Shown here in pieces: positions 24,906-37,189 of a stretch of DNA of 64,000 bases. The notes beneath the pieces were generated by a model, which saw only the letters and a program-made list of their open reading frames with translations, ran no database searches and was not told where the DNA came from. The position numbers and the translations under genes are program-made. Position 1 is the first letter of the stretch. Each line of letters starts with the position of its first letter. The DNA is taken from the NCBI RefSeq assembly GCF_036321535.1, contig NC_087447.1, forward strand, positions 32,924,001-32,988,000, in the 5' to 3' direction. The stretch is from Camelus dromedarius. Its lineage: Eukaryota.

Positions 24906-25160
24906 CAGTGTTTCCTAAAGTGTTCTGAGGGACTGTGATTCCTTAAGGGTTTAACAGGTTTTATGAGGGAGAAAGATCTGGCTTTAAACGTGTGGGGAAA
25001 TTATAGGTTAAATTAAAGTTAAACTGATTTGTTAAATGTAGGCCGACCCGAACCACTACTAAAAAGTAGGTTGTTGCCGACTCTCAAAGCAGACATCTAA
25101 GAGTTAAAAAAAATTTTTTTTGTCTTGTCCCAAGGAGTGAGCACTGAGTGGATACTGGAT
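24906..25160. mobile_element. hAT-Charlie-type MITE
   Basis: Begins CAGTGTTTCCTAAAGTG (TIR-like); GGGAAATTATAGGTTAAATTAAAGTTAAAC; ends GGATACTG. Confidence 0.55.
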
Positions 25161-25229
25161 ACCAATAACATCTAGGGCTGTTTCATATTTCGTATAGTAA
25201 CCTCAGGTGAATCACTGAGGACTGCTTGG

Positions 25230-25420
25230 CCAGGCAGTGTGCACTGCTCAGTCAAATACACTTTCTTATTTATTTTTCCTAGCAACTCTGTGAAGATAAG
25301 AATTATCCAAACTTTATAGATGAGGAAATAAGGCTTAGAGAAGACAGGTGGCAACCCCATGCTAATCAGTGTCGGGTCTGAATTCAAACCCAGGGACTCT
25401 GCCCCCGACCCAGGCTTCAC
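25230..25420 (-). mobile_element. MIR SINE
   Basis: TTTATAGATGAGGAAATAAGGCTTAGAGA...CTGAATTCAAACCCAGG. Confidence 0.8.
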
Positions 25421-26124
25421 TCACTGGGCGATTCGACTTTCCACGTCACCAAATGCTACTGCTAACAATTCAAAGTGCTTTGTTCTCAGAAATAATCAGT
25501 GAACTATGAGTTGTCTCTGTGTTTCGGAAGTGATTGTTATCAATTATGAAATTATTAACAACATTTCCCATCTGCCTCTAGTTTCCAGCTAAGAATGTTA
25601 ATTAAAGCACAAACCCATCCAAGAATTTGGGAAATTTATGACTGAAGATGTTTACCAATGATTCTGGTAAAAATGCCAAGCATGTGCTCAGTAAATAATG
25701 CAGATATTGATTTCACATCTCACTAGATGTCAATAATTCTTCCTTTAGAAAATTCTATTTACCTCCATGACAATGTGAGGGAGCAGCAGGTGTTTCCCTC
25801 CCCGAGTGATTCATCTAGTTCCTCTGTTTGCCTCAGGACTGAATCTAAATTATCAGCTTTTTATATGCATCCTGCTGGCATGTAAGCTACAGAAGACAGG
25901 TTATATCACCTCAGAGGCGCTCACCAAACGGTCAGAGCAGAAAAACAGAACCCGGGCTAGTGGAAGAACGTGAAGGTCCAGGCTTTTAGCAACCAGGAGT
26001 CTACCCGTACACCACTGAGGGCTAAGGCACTGGAGGTCACAGCCAAGTTTATCTCTAGCCATGTACAAAGAGCTCTACTTAAAGGCAGCTTCATCCAAGC
26101 TGCTCTGTAATACCTAATTCTTGT

Positions 26125-26175
26125 GAGAAAGAAAGAGAGAAAGAGAGAGAGAAAGAGAGAAAGAGAGAGAGAGAA

Positions 26176-26214
<39 letters not shown>

Positions 26215-26245
26215 AAGAGAGAAAGAGAAAGAGAGAAAGAAAGAA

Positions 26246-26282
<37 letters not shown>

Positions 26283-26283
26283 A
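26125..26283 (+). repeat. Compound (GA/GAAA)n-(GACA)8 microsatellite
   Basis: 124-nt pure purine tract at 26125-26248, with 8 GACA units from 26247. Confidence 0.95.
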
Positions 26284-26779
26284 CCCTGTTCCATAGATAC
26301 CTCAAGCCAAACAGTCCTCTGGGAAGGGAACAGTTGAAAGGCTAGCGAATCACTTCCAACAGCCAACGCAGAAGTACCTTTTAAAAGCATCATAAAAGCT
26401 TCTCCACATCTTGCTTTTAAGTACTGAGCAAGGACTGCAGGCTTCTCTCATTGTTGGCTTCTCCGACAGCTTAGGCTTTAGCTGTTCCCGGCTTAGGAAC
26501 TTAAGCATGGTCGGCGGGAGCCACTCCTTCATGCCTACCACCCTCATCCACAGCCAGAACACCAGCCCTTTTAATGAACAAACCTCCATAGGACTCGCTT
26601 TCATCCCTTATTCAAGTGCCTTTTCCCATCAAGCTCTTTCATCTGTTTCTGGTCTTCTTTACAAATACTTTCCAACATGATGTCTAGGACCTACTTGGAG
26701 GGAAACAGCCCCCATCCCGTGCTATCCTCAGCTCTTCTCAGAATCCTTCCACCTCCTGGTATGGACTCATTAATTTTAT

Positions 26780-26871
26780 TTAATTAAAAAATTAATGGAG
26801 GTACTGGGGATTGAACCCAGGACCCTCACGCATTCTAAGTATGAACTCTACCACTGAGTTATACCCTCCCC
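26780..26871 (-). mobile_element. Camelid-type tRNA-derived SINE, short form
   Basis: Reverse complement GGGGAGGGTATAACTCAGTGGTAGAG...GGTCCTGGGTTCAATCCCCAGTACCTCC; 14-bp TSD CTCATTAATTTTAT at 26766-26779 and 26881-26894. Confidence 0.92.
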
Positions 26872-26991
26872 TCAACCAGTCTCATTAATTTTATATTCAT
26901 TCCTTTGTCTATAAAGTGAGAAAGAGTTGGCATCCGGCATTCGTTATGCATTAGACAATGTTCTAAGTATGACACTGTAACCTGTTTCTTC

Positions 26992-27545
26992 AACAACCTA
27001 AATGTCCATTGATGGATGACTTCATAAAGAAACTATGGTACATTTATACAATGAAATACTACTCAGCCATAAAAGAGAACGAAATAATGCCATTTGCAGC
27101 AATGTGGATGGAACTGGAGATTGTCATTCTAAATGAAGCCAGAAAGAGAAAGAAAAATACCATATATCACTTATATGTGGAATCTAAAAAAAAAAAAAAA
27201 AAAAAAAAAAGACAAATAAACTTATTTACAAAACAGAAACAGACTCACAGACATAGAAAACAAGCTTATGGTTACTAGGGGGGAAGTGGATGGGAAAGGA
27301 TAAATTTGGAGTTTGAAATTTGCAGATACTAACTAATATTTACATATATAAGACAGATAAACAACAAGTTTATACTATAGACCACAAGGAACTATATTCA
27401 ATACCTTGCAGTAACTTATGGTGAAAAGAATATGAAAATAAATATATGTATGTTCATGTATGACTGAAACATTATGCTGTACACTAGAAATTGATACATT
27501 GTAAACTGAATATACTTCAATAAATATATTTATATATAAAAGAAA
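26992..27545 (+). mobile_element. L1 3' end (relatively young)
   Basis: ORF 27009..27278 IKKLWYIYTMKYYSAIKENEIMPFAAMWMELEIVILNE matches the L1 ORF2p C-terminus; 3'UTR ends TATACTTCAATAAA. Confidence 0.95.
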
Positions 27546-28329
27546 ATCCCTTTTCCTTTCCCTAAAAAGGCCAGGGTCATTCGTGCAGTTTTCTTTGCTA
27601 ATCCTAGATCTTCATCTTGTTGATCCTCATGCATACCCCTTCCATCTTTTGAGGTTCATGTCACCCCACTTCCCCACCTCTGCCCTAGCTCACATTTTTA
27701 TCATCTAGAGATCTTCTGGTCACTCCACTGAATCTACTAAGCACTTTGGAACATGCCTCACAGTCCATCTCCACGCCTGATTTCTACCGTTACAGAGATG
27801 ATGTCATCATTCATTTTTTTCACAGAATTTTGGATGGCTATTCTAACTACCTAACCGTATAACTTCAAAGTTCTCATCCTTCTGAATGCCAACAAATTGC
27901 ATCAGCCCTTTCCCCTCTCCAGTACTGCAGTCCCTCCCTCCACCCTTCTCTCTTATCCTGCTCCTTCAGTCCCTTATTAAATTCTTGTATCCCGTATTAA
28001 GCTTAGATCCCATTTGGCTTCTTTCATTGCCAACATCCTCAAACTTTTTTAAAACCCTACTTTTTTCAATGAATCTCCCTAGTAAACCATAACTTTGAAT
28101 TAATCCAACCTTCTCTCCTTTCCTCTCCTACACCATGGCATGTAACTGCATTTGGAGAAAATAACATATAATTTTGTGAACTGATGGCAGTCAGAGTAAG
28201 TGATTCTAAGAAGACCTTTGGTACTTTTTTGCTATTTATTTCTGCTCCCTTCAATTTCCTCACAGAGACTATAATATAAGTCTGAGCCTCCCTTACGAAG
28301 GCTCCTCTCTCAGCAGAAGGCTCTGAGTT

Positions 28330-28510
28330 GGACTGTGGAGACAAACAGAACTGGGCATGGATCTTGGCTTCACTGTTTCCTTGTGTGTAACTTCTTATCT
28401 TCTCCATGCCTTGGCTGACATATCTTTCACAGTAGCTACTGTGAGTATTAACAACATGCAACACAAAATGTGACACATAATTAGCCCTCAATGTATGTTA
28501 CTGATGTTAT
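28330..28510 (+). mobile_element. MIR SINE
   Basis: AGAACTGGGCATGGATCTTGGCTTCACTG...CTACTGTGAGTATTAA...GACACATAATTAGCCCTCAATG. Confidence 0.65.
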
Positions 28511-28739
28511 GGGTTTGTGATGGTGATGAAGGACTTGCCTGCCTCTCATTTAACAACACCACAAAAATACTTTAATTTCCTTCCCCACATCTATAATATC
28601 CTATTTCTCCAGTTTAGGTAGAGGCATCTCTCCACTTAATTCTAAGTCACCTTAAGTCACTGTTGTGTTCTAGCCTCCTTAAGTTTATGCTGAAACATTG
28701 CACAACATTCTAGTTTTTCCTCCTCATTTCTGTATTTTT

Positions 28740-29200
28740 CCTTTTAAGATTTATATTTCTATTTTCAGCACTGGATTACATTCTATACTCAGTTTTTGTT
28801 TGTTTGTTTGTTTCTCATTTTTCACTCAACAGTGTATTGCAAGGACATTCCCCTCAATTATTTGAAAGTCTTTGAAAGTAAGATTTTCAATGGTTGCATA
28901 ATACTCTGTGAATATACTATAATTTACATAGCTGTGCCTCCTCTGCTGAGCATGAAGATTGTTTCTATTTTTCATTATTATAAATGATGCAGTGATTACT
29001 GTCCTTGCATCTAAATCTTTACCTGCATCTCTGATTCTATCCATGGAGTAGAATTCCAAAAGCAGACTTGCGGGGTCAAAAACTGTATTTTTAAGGCTCT
29101 TTATACACATTATTAAATTGCTTTTCAGAAAGATTATACCAATTTATACACCCACCAACTGTGTAGGGAAGAGATGGTCTCACCATACTCGCACTGTCAT
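28740..29200 (-). mobile_element. Old L1ME-like fragment
   Basis: AAATTGCTTTTCAGAAAGATTATACCAATTTATACACCCACCAAC; ORF 28826..29110 FDPASLLLEFY is ORF2-like. Confidence 0.8.
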
Positions 29201-29209
29201 TAAGATTAT

Positions 29210-30790
29210 TTCCTGCTAAATTTTCAACCTCTCCTTCTCTACTAGTTCTTACAACAAAGGCTAAAAATATATTTAAGTGTTCTACCTCCTAAAAATAATG
29301 ATTTTCTACCCAGTGTCTCTCTTTTGACAATCTTTGTCTTCTTCCCTTCACAGGTAGGTTTCCTGGGGAGTAATTTGTCTTCAGCCTTAGTCTCTATCAC
29401 CTAGTCTTCCTTCTGTCATCTTAAATTTCACCTTCCCTTCTTCACTTAGCAAATGTTACCGGTGACCTCCTAACTACTCAGTCTAGCAAACTGTTCTTGT
29501 CATTTATCACACATTAAATTTACGTAACACTGTTAACTTTTTTCAAGGAATTCTCATTTCCCTTGGCTTCTGAGACATAATTTTCTTCTGTTTTCCCTCA
29601 TTCCTCCTTAAGCATCATTTCCAAGGGCTACCTTTGTAGGTCATCTTCTAGCCCTCCTTACATTTGCTCTAGATTATTTAATCTACACTAATAATTCTGG
29701 CAATAACCTATAGCTGATAAATCCCAAAACTTTATCTTTAGTTAAGCTTCTTCCATAAACTGTAACACAGACATTATATTAAATGTTTAATTCCTTTAAG
29801 TAAACATCCTTGGGAACATAAAACCTAAAACTCTGAAATTAACCACCCCCTCCCCAACCCCAGAAAGCGCCTACTGTTGTACTGACTGTTTTGGTGAAGG
29901 GCACCACTATCCATGCCTATGTTTAAAAAAGAAATCTGGAAGTAATGAATTTACCATCCTGTGCAATGCTGACTAACCGACAAGCAATAAAACCTTCCAA
30001 AATAATGTTCGACCCTACAAAACTGACTCTTGCTTACCCTTCAGTCTTTTTCCTAATTACATTCACCTCCTTTTCACTCTGGGTTCTCACATTTCAAATT
30101 TCTTGCAGATTACAAAGCACCACAATCTGACTCATGCCTCTTAAGACTTTTTAATTTTTTCCCTCATAATGTTCTACCCACACAAAAAAATCACAGCCTA
30201 CCCAGCAAAAAAACTATTCAAACTACTCAATTTTCTGAATCAGAACCATAGAAAGTTCCTTAATCAAGACTTCCTGCTAGATAGACTTGACCTTCTCTTC
30301 CCCTGCAGTTTAAAGTCAACAGTTACCTATTATGTCTTCCGATTCAGCCCTAAAACAGTTTCCTCTATTTACTTACAAACTTTGGCGAAATTGTCAGCTC
30401 CTTAAGAGATGTACCATTTCTGTTTGTCTTTGTAACCTTAGTTTGAGGAATTTATCAATAGATTACAGAATTTATCTTGGCACTCTGTATAATCAGGTTA
30501 AAGGTAACTGTATTTCTGGTCTCACAACCTCATGGAAAATAGGTGTGTATCTTCTTCTGCACCACACACATTATTTCTGATGAAATCCCCCCATGCTTCT
30601 TTCGTGTCCTTAAGAGCAGCTTTTAAACATTTCCTCCACAAGTCCTGTCTTACTTGATAACATTATTTTTGGTTTACATAGCTGTCTTGCTTCTTAAGAA
30701 CAGATCCAGGTTCTTATTCATCTTTTTATTTCTATAAAGCTTAGCTTAATAGGTTCCCAATAAACAGTTGTTTATAAAGTTGAATGTCAA
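29210..30790 (+). mobile_element. Degraded L2 fragments
   Basis: AAATGTTACCGGTGACCTCC, TTCCCTTGGCTTCTGAGAC, TATAGCTGATAAATCCCAAA, GGGCACCACTATCCATGC, AATAGGTTCCCAATAAAC. Confidence 0.6.
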
Positions 30791-30839
30791 AAATGGCAAC
30801 ACAAGATCAGTATTAAAAAAAAAAAATCAAAATCTACTG

Positions 30840-33360
30840 AGGGAATACTTCCACTCTACCTCAAAAATAAATGCACCCCTGCATTAAACAACTAGAAAAT
30901 TGAAAAAACAAATTATAAAATAACTTTCAATCCATGGAGAACAGACAGTGGTTCCCTAAGACAAGAGCAAAAAGGAAGTAAGTCATGTGATATCACCTAG
31001 CATACTGCCAGTATCCAGGCCACAGTGCAGAGACAGAGAGCACTCCAAACAGATTAGACATTGCAGACAATTAATCAGTAAAACTGAAGACACAGCAGTA
31101 GAATCTATCCACAATGAAGCAAAGAGAGAGGAAAAAAACAGCTGGAGTGACCTGCAGGACAACATCAAGCAGTCTAACACACAAGTAACTGGAGCCCTAG
31201 GACAAAACGAAGTTTAAAGTGTTCAAAAAATAACTTATTTGAAGGGATAATGGCTAAATTATGGCCATGATTTTTTTCAAAGTTGATAAAGACCCTCACA
31301 TTACTTACTCAAGAAACTCAACAAACCCAAGGAAAAGGGCATAAAGAAAACCCCACCGAGGCATGTAATAATCAAATGGATTAAAAACCAGAGATAAAAA
31401 TGTTAAAAAGCCACCAGATTAAAAAAAAAATCATTATATAAAAGGGAACAGTGATAAGAATGATCATGTATTTTTCTTCAAAAAGCATTCAAATCAGAAA
31501 GACAGTTTTTAAAGTATTGAAAAGAAAAACTGTCAACCTGTAATTCTTCATTCAGTGAAAATACCTTTCAATAATGATGGTGTAAAAAGGCGTTTTCATG
31601 CAAACAAAAGCTAAATCAATCACCAACTTACAGTACACTGAATGTTTAAGGAAATTCTTCACGTAGAAGGAATTTGGATCTCAAAAAAAAAAAAAAGATT
31701 AAAGAGCTGTGAAAATGATAAACATGTGAATAAACATAAAAGACCCTTTTTTCTCATTTTAGTTTTGAAAAGATAAGTTGGCCTTAAAAATCTAATATTT
31801 ATATGTTTTGGAGTTTGTAATATACGTAGAAGTAAAATGTGTGACAAAAGTAACACAGAGGCTCGAAAGGGGAAAACAGAAGTTTACTGCTATATAAAAA
31901 ACCTGTGATAAAGTACTTACACTATATGTGAAGCAGTTCAATAGTATTTGAAGATAGACTGTGATAAGTTAAAGATGTGTATTGTAAACCCTGAAGCAAC
32001 ATCTAAAAAAATAAAGAGTTACAGCTAACAAGCTAATAGTGAAGATAAAATGGAATCATAAAAAACCACCTTAAAGAAAATGGAAAAAGGGGGCTGGGGA
32101 GGGACAAGGAATGTAACATATAAATAAAATACAGATAGCAATGTGGTAGATTAAAACCTTGCCATAAAAATAATTGCATTAAATGCAAACAGCCTAACCA
32201 TTTCAATTAAAAGGCAGAGATTACAAGTTTGGATATAAAAGCAAGACCCAATTATATGCTATCAAAGTAAGTGGTTGAAATATAACAACACCCACATGGA
32301 AAGATTTACCATGCCTATAGTAATTAAAAGGAAACTAGAGTAACTATAGAACTATATGACAAAGTGGACTTCAGAACAAGTAATAAGAACTGATATTAGG
32401 TAATGATCAAAAAGACAACTGATCAATAGATATAACAATCTTAAATGTGTATGCAGATACTACCAGAGATTCAAAGTACATCAAGTAGTAACTGATAGAA
32501 GTAAAGGAGAAACAGACAAATCTTCAATTACAGTCAGCTAGTCTGTCAACAACTGATACAACAAGGAGACAATAAATGAGTAAAGACAGAAGATTTGAAC
32601 ACTATCAACCAACTTCCCCTAATTGACATTTATAAAATCCTCCACCCAAAATTCCTTTGAAGATCACGTAGAACACTGAATAAATTCGACTATATTCTAG
32701 ACTATTAAATACATCTCAATAAATTAAAAAGACAAATCGTATAGAAAATGTTCTATTACAAAATCAGAATTAAAAAGGAAGTAAATAATAGAAACGTATT
32801 TGAAATATTCCCCAAATTTTTAGAAATTAAAAATGCACATACACATATACCCAAAGATAGAAAAGAAAGTCACAAGTGAAATTGTAACATATTTGAATTA
32901 AATGAAAATGAAAACACAAAATATGAAAATGTGTGGGACGTCATTGAAGTAGTGATTAAAAGGAAATTTACAGGGTCAAATGCATACACACGAAAATAAG
33001 AAAGATTTTGAACCAATGATCTAAACTGCTACCCTAAGAAGCTTTAAAAAAGAACAAATTATACTCAGTAAACCAAAGGAAGGAAACAAAAATAAAAGCA
33101 GCAATCATTGATACAAGAGACGGATAACCAGTAGATAAAAAGCAACACATTCAAAATCTGGCTCTTTGAGAAGGTTAATAAAATAAACCTCTGGGCAGAA
33201 TTATCAAGAGAAAAGAAAGAATGCAAAAATTACAACTAAGAAACAGAACTTTTCAAATCAACAATCAGAAAATATTATAAACAACTCTAAACAACTGACA
33301 TCAAATGAACAAATTCCTTGAAAGTGCCAACCACCAAGGTCATTCAAGAAACAAACAGAT
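30840..33360 (+). mobile_element. Old L1M: 5' end, ORF1 remnant and ORF2 endonuclease/linker remnant (pseudogenised)
   Basis: ORF 30987..31217 ISKTEDTAVESIHNEAKREEK..SDLQDNIKQSNTQVTG resembles ORF1p; from 32170 ATTGCATTAAATGCAAACAGCCTAACC...AAAAGGCAGAGATT...AAAGCAAGACCCA resembles the EN N-terminus (LNVNGLN..IKRQRL..WIKKQDP). Confidence 0.9.
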
Positions 33361-34529
33361 GACTTCCATTTCTAGACAAAATAGAGTAACAGGGGCTTCT
33401 CTTACCCACTGATACAACCAGCCCGCCCAGGGAAAGCACATGATACGGCTGTCTTCAACACGTTAAACATCAGGTAATGAGTGACAATGACTATCTCATG
33501 CTGTGATCTTCTCATCTTCCAAATAAAGGAACCGCTTACTTCAAATACACTATGAGGCGAAAATAAGGTTTTTCATGCGAAAATTTCTAGCACAACAACA
33601 GAAATATTAATAAATGTTTCTTTCCTTCCTTCCCCTCGCCCCTTTTCCCTTCCTGGCAATAATTCACCTCTACATGCCAAAATAATTGAAAAGATATTAT
33701 GTGTGTTACTGTAAAAGCTTTCTCCAGAATACTTTAGGTCCAAAACTAATTCTGAATGAAATTAAATACCACTTTGAGACAACACTGTCCTACGTCTTAC
33801 ACACACACAGACACAAAAGAGTACACACACACTCACGGACACACACACACATGCACCACAAAGCGTTAATTCAGGAACTTAAAAGCAGTTTATTTCTTAT
33901 GGGAGAAAAAGCAGCCTCCATACAGTCTTTGTTGGCTACAAACGTTTTAGCACCTGTCAGACTGAATTAAAATACATGTCATTCTCTGTTAGTTCCCCAA
34001 ATATCACTTATTGTGAATTCTTGATACCGTTTTCCTAGAATCTTTTACATTTCTTTCTGGGACTGAACATAAATGGAATTACCAAGTCGAGAGTCTAAAT
34101 TCAGCCTCTAAAGAATGACCTCTTTATAATGACCATGGTTATTTTATGATAATCAATATATTTGGATAACTGTCTTCAGAAAAAACATAATTTGGGGGTT
34201 ATAATATCAACCTTGCTATATCGTTCAAAGAATTAAATCAGACACAAATGAAATATTTAGCATAGCGCATGACACAAAACCTCTATTCAGTCCCCATCAT
34301 TCATTTCTAAAAATATATACGCAGTGATTTAATAAAATATATGCACTTAAGTGAACAATTTATTCTAAATTAAAAATCAGGTACTATCATTGTAACATGA
34401 ATGCCAAGAAAAGGACTATTCAAAATATTTTATAAGCAATAACAGATATAGAAGTGACCTGCATTGTGTGCAGTTACACCCTTTCCCCCTGTGTGTACAA
34501 ATTTGCTTTCTTCCAGGCAAGTTAGTCAG

Positions 34530-34870
34530 CATATAGCCTTTCTTCCAAACTCATCATGTAGACTTTAAATAAACATGACAGTGTTTCAGGATGGAACTTG
34601 TGTCTACAGTGACTCTGTACAACAGTAACAGTTTCTGTTTTTCAATTGTAATTTCAAAGTTGTTAGGATTTCCAACACACGAGTCCATCATATCAACCAC
34701 GTTGCAACTAGCATTATCGTATGACATACCAATTATACCAGTATATCTCTCGACAGTATAAATCATATTTCTATCTACTGTTATTAATATCAATGTTCAA
34801 AGTATGATGCATTTTTTAAATACACTATTGCAGACAGAGCCTGGAAGTCTTTTCCTTTTAAATGAATTAT
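34530..34870 (-). pseudogene. Possible fossil hAT-superfamily transposase fragment
   Basis: Frameshifted minus-strand peptides LNIDINNSR*KYD, IIGMSYDNASCN, G*YDGLVC and HCRH resemble the hAT second-Asp...CxxH region; motif recognition only. Confidence 0.4.
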
Positions 34871-35179
34871 GTTTTTTATTGGTTGCTTCCTTCTTCTTTA
34901 GGGCTTTGTAGAAAATTCATTGAACATCCCCCAGATTTATCCCTCAGGGTGATTACATTGAAATTATAATGAAAAAGAGAAGGACACAGATGGTTCACTT
35001 CTTTCTGAGCTATACTTATCAGATCAAAAGTGTCTTTTTTTTTGATGAATACTTTATTTTTTATATTAAATGAACAATAATAAAATGACAATGAATTTCT
35101 ACTTTTTCTGACCTCCCAGAAGTAAGTTACAGAGGCATCACAGCTATGCATTCTCATTAGTGTTAACAGGTCACCAGCA

Positions 35180-36900
35180 AAGCAAACAGAGATGTATTCT
35201 GTAGCTCTTAAAAAGGATGAAAGAATTTTGAAAAAGAAAAAAAAAAAGATGGAGGGTTGACCGTACCTTATTCCAAGGCTTACTGTCAAGTTACAATGAT
35301 AAGTTCATGGGATATGGGTTTAAAGATAGTCAAACAGATCAGTGGAAAAGGAGAGAGTCCAGAAATGGAATCACTCATACATGATACTCATATACGGACA
35401 ACTGATTTTTGCCAAAGGTGCAAAAGCAATTCGAGAGAGAAAGGTTAGTCTTTTCAACAAATAATGATGGAACAATGAATATACACAATCAAGAGAAAAA
35501 ATAAAACTTCAGTCTATATTTTCTCTCACTTAAAAAGTAACTTAAAAATTATTATAGACCTAAATGTAAAGCCTAAAATGTTAAAATTTCTACGGGGAAA
35601 CACTGAAAAAATCTTTGTGACAATGTGTCACCCAAACATAGCTTAGATGCAACGCCAAAAGCACAATCCATAACAGAACATACTGGACTTCATCAAAACT
35701 TAAAACTTCTCCTCTTCAAAAGAACTGTTACAAGAATGAAAAGACAATTCACACACTGGGAGAAAATATTTGCAAAGCACATATCAGATAAAGGAATTTT
35801 ATCCAAATATACAGACTTCCCAAAACTCAATAAAAAGAAAATAAATAGCCTAATTTTTAAAAATGTTTAGAAAAGTTGAACACAAACTTCACATAGGAGA
35901 CATATGATGTTGTTGGTGGAGAATAGGTTCTCGCTTTGCACGGGAAAGAATTCAAGAGCGAGGCACAGTAAAGTGAAAACAAGTTTATTTAGAGTGATAC
36001 ACACGCCACACACAGAGTGGGGTCCATCTCACTCAGAAGGCAGCATGGCTTAGGAGGTACGTAAGCCGTAGGCAGAATGCAGGCCATCTCAAAGGCGAGA
36101 GGCAGAGAGATCAAAGTGTGGGGGTGTTTAAAGTAAAAGCAGATATGCATATTCCATAGACAGACTGCAGGCAAGATAGAGTGACCACAGGTGAATCAGA
36201 AGACAAGAAAGAGAGTGACCATGAGGTACAAGGTTGTTAGTTTTTATGAGCTGGGTAATTTCATATGCTAATGAGTAGGAGGATTATTCCAATTACTTTG
36301 TGGAAGGGCAGAGATTTCCAGGACTTGGCCTCACCTACTTTTTGACCTTTTACAGTCAGCCTAGGAATTATCATGGCACCTGTGGATGTGCCAGGAGACT
36401 CAAGGTCTATTGGAAGTTGAACCTTTCACCATATTGGTTCAAAACAGCTTGTCCTGCCCTCAATTGCTGTGTCATCCCTTCAGCGGCCGTGCCCTGCCCC
36501 CCTCCCTCCCATCTCAGTGTCAAATAAGCACATGGACGGAGGCCAAACTATCAGTCATCAGGGGAATGCAGATGACAGCCGAAAAAATGAGATACCACTA
36601 AACACGAAATAATTACTCTGAGTAAAAACATTAGACAAAAAAAGGGGATACACTGTATGATTCCATTGATATAAAATGCTATAAAATGCAAACTAGTATA
36701 TACAGTGAGAGAGACAGCAGTTTGGTGGTTTTCGGTTGGAAGTGAGGCAGAGAAGAGTGTAAGAGTAAATTACAAAGACAGATGAGGAAACTGTACAATG
36801 ACTTACATTTTCACCATCATACCTACGTAAAAACTTATCAAACTATACAGCTGAACAAGCTGTTATGATTAGATATCAATTAGACTTCAATAAAGGATTA
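35180..36900 (+). mobile_element. Old L1M ORF2 3' part and 3'UTR, split by an LTR
   Basis: GGAGGGTTGACCGTACCTTATTCCAAGGCTTACTGT...CACTGGGAGAAAATATTTGCAAAGCACATATCAGATAAAGG; resumes CAAATAAGCACATG at 36521. Confidence 0.9.
35911..36516 (-). mobile_element. Solo ERV1-type LTR (606 bp)
   Basis: Minus strand runs TGAGA...AACA; AATAAA followed by CTCGCTCTTGAATTCTTTCC near the 3' end; 4-bp TSD ATGT/GTGT; L1 is collinear on both sides. Confidence 0.85.
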
Positions 36901-37189
36901 AAAATAACATATAATAACACATGAGTGTGTATATGTTTGGGTAAACTCTGTACATGTATTTAATATTAAGCAACACCTCATATAATAATTATAAATAAAT
37001 TATAATGACATGGGGAGGTTCTTAAGATATGATTTTAAGAAAAATTAGCATGTTAAACATTGAGAATAGTATAGAAACTCACAGGGTAGAATGAAATGTG
37101 AACAAAATGGAAAGAAAATGGAATTAACAGTAACATTAAATTGTCTAAGGTCAATAAGATGTATTCTTTTATGATCAGGAAAATTATGT

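Noticed and set aside
25957..26393. Overlapping S/L/F-rich ORFs
   Set aside because: Read-through of the GA/GACA microsatellite.
26350..26700. ORFs 26350..26604 (-) and 26411..26680 (+), and a possible minus-strand acceptor near 26690
   Set aside because: No recognisable domain; the tested frame stops after about 29 codons; consistent with chance.
27009..27278. ORFs with real protein similarity (also 52930..53247, 53120..53311, 58547..58944, 30987..31217)
   Set aside because: Decayed L1 ORF1/ORF2 fragments, not functional genes.
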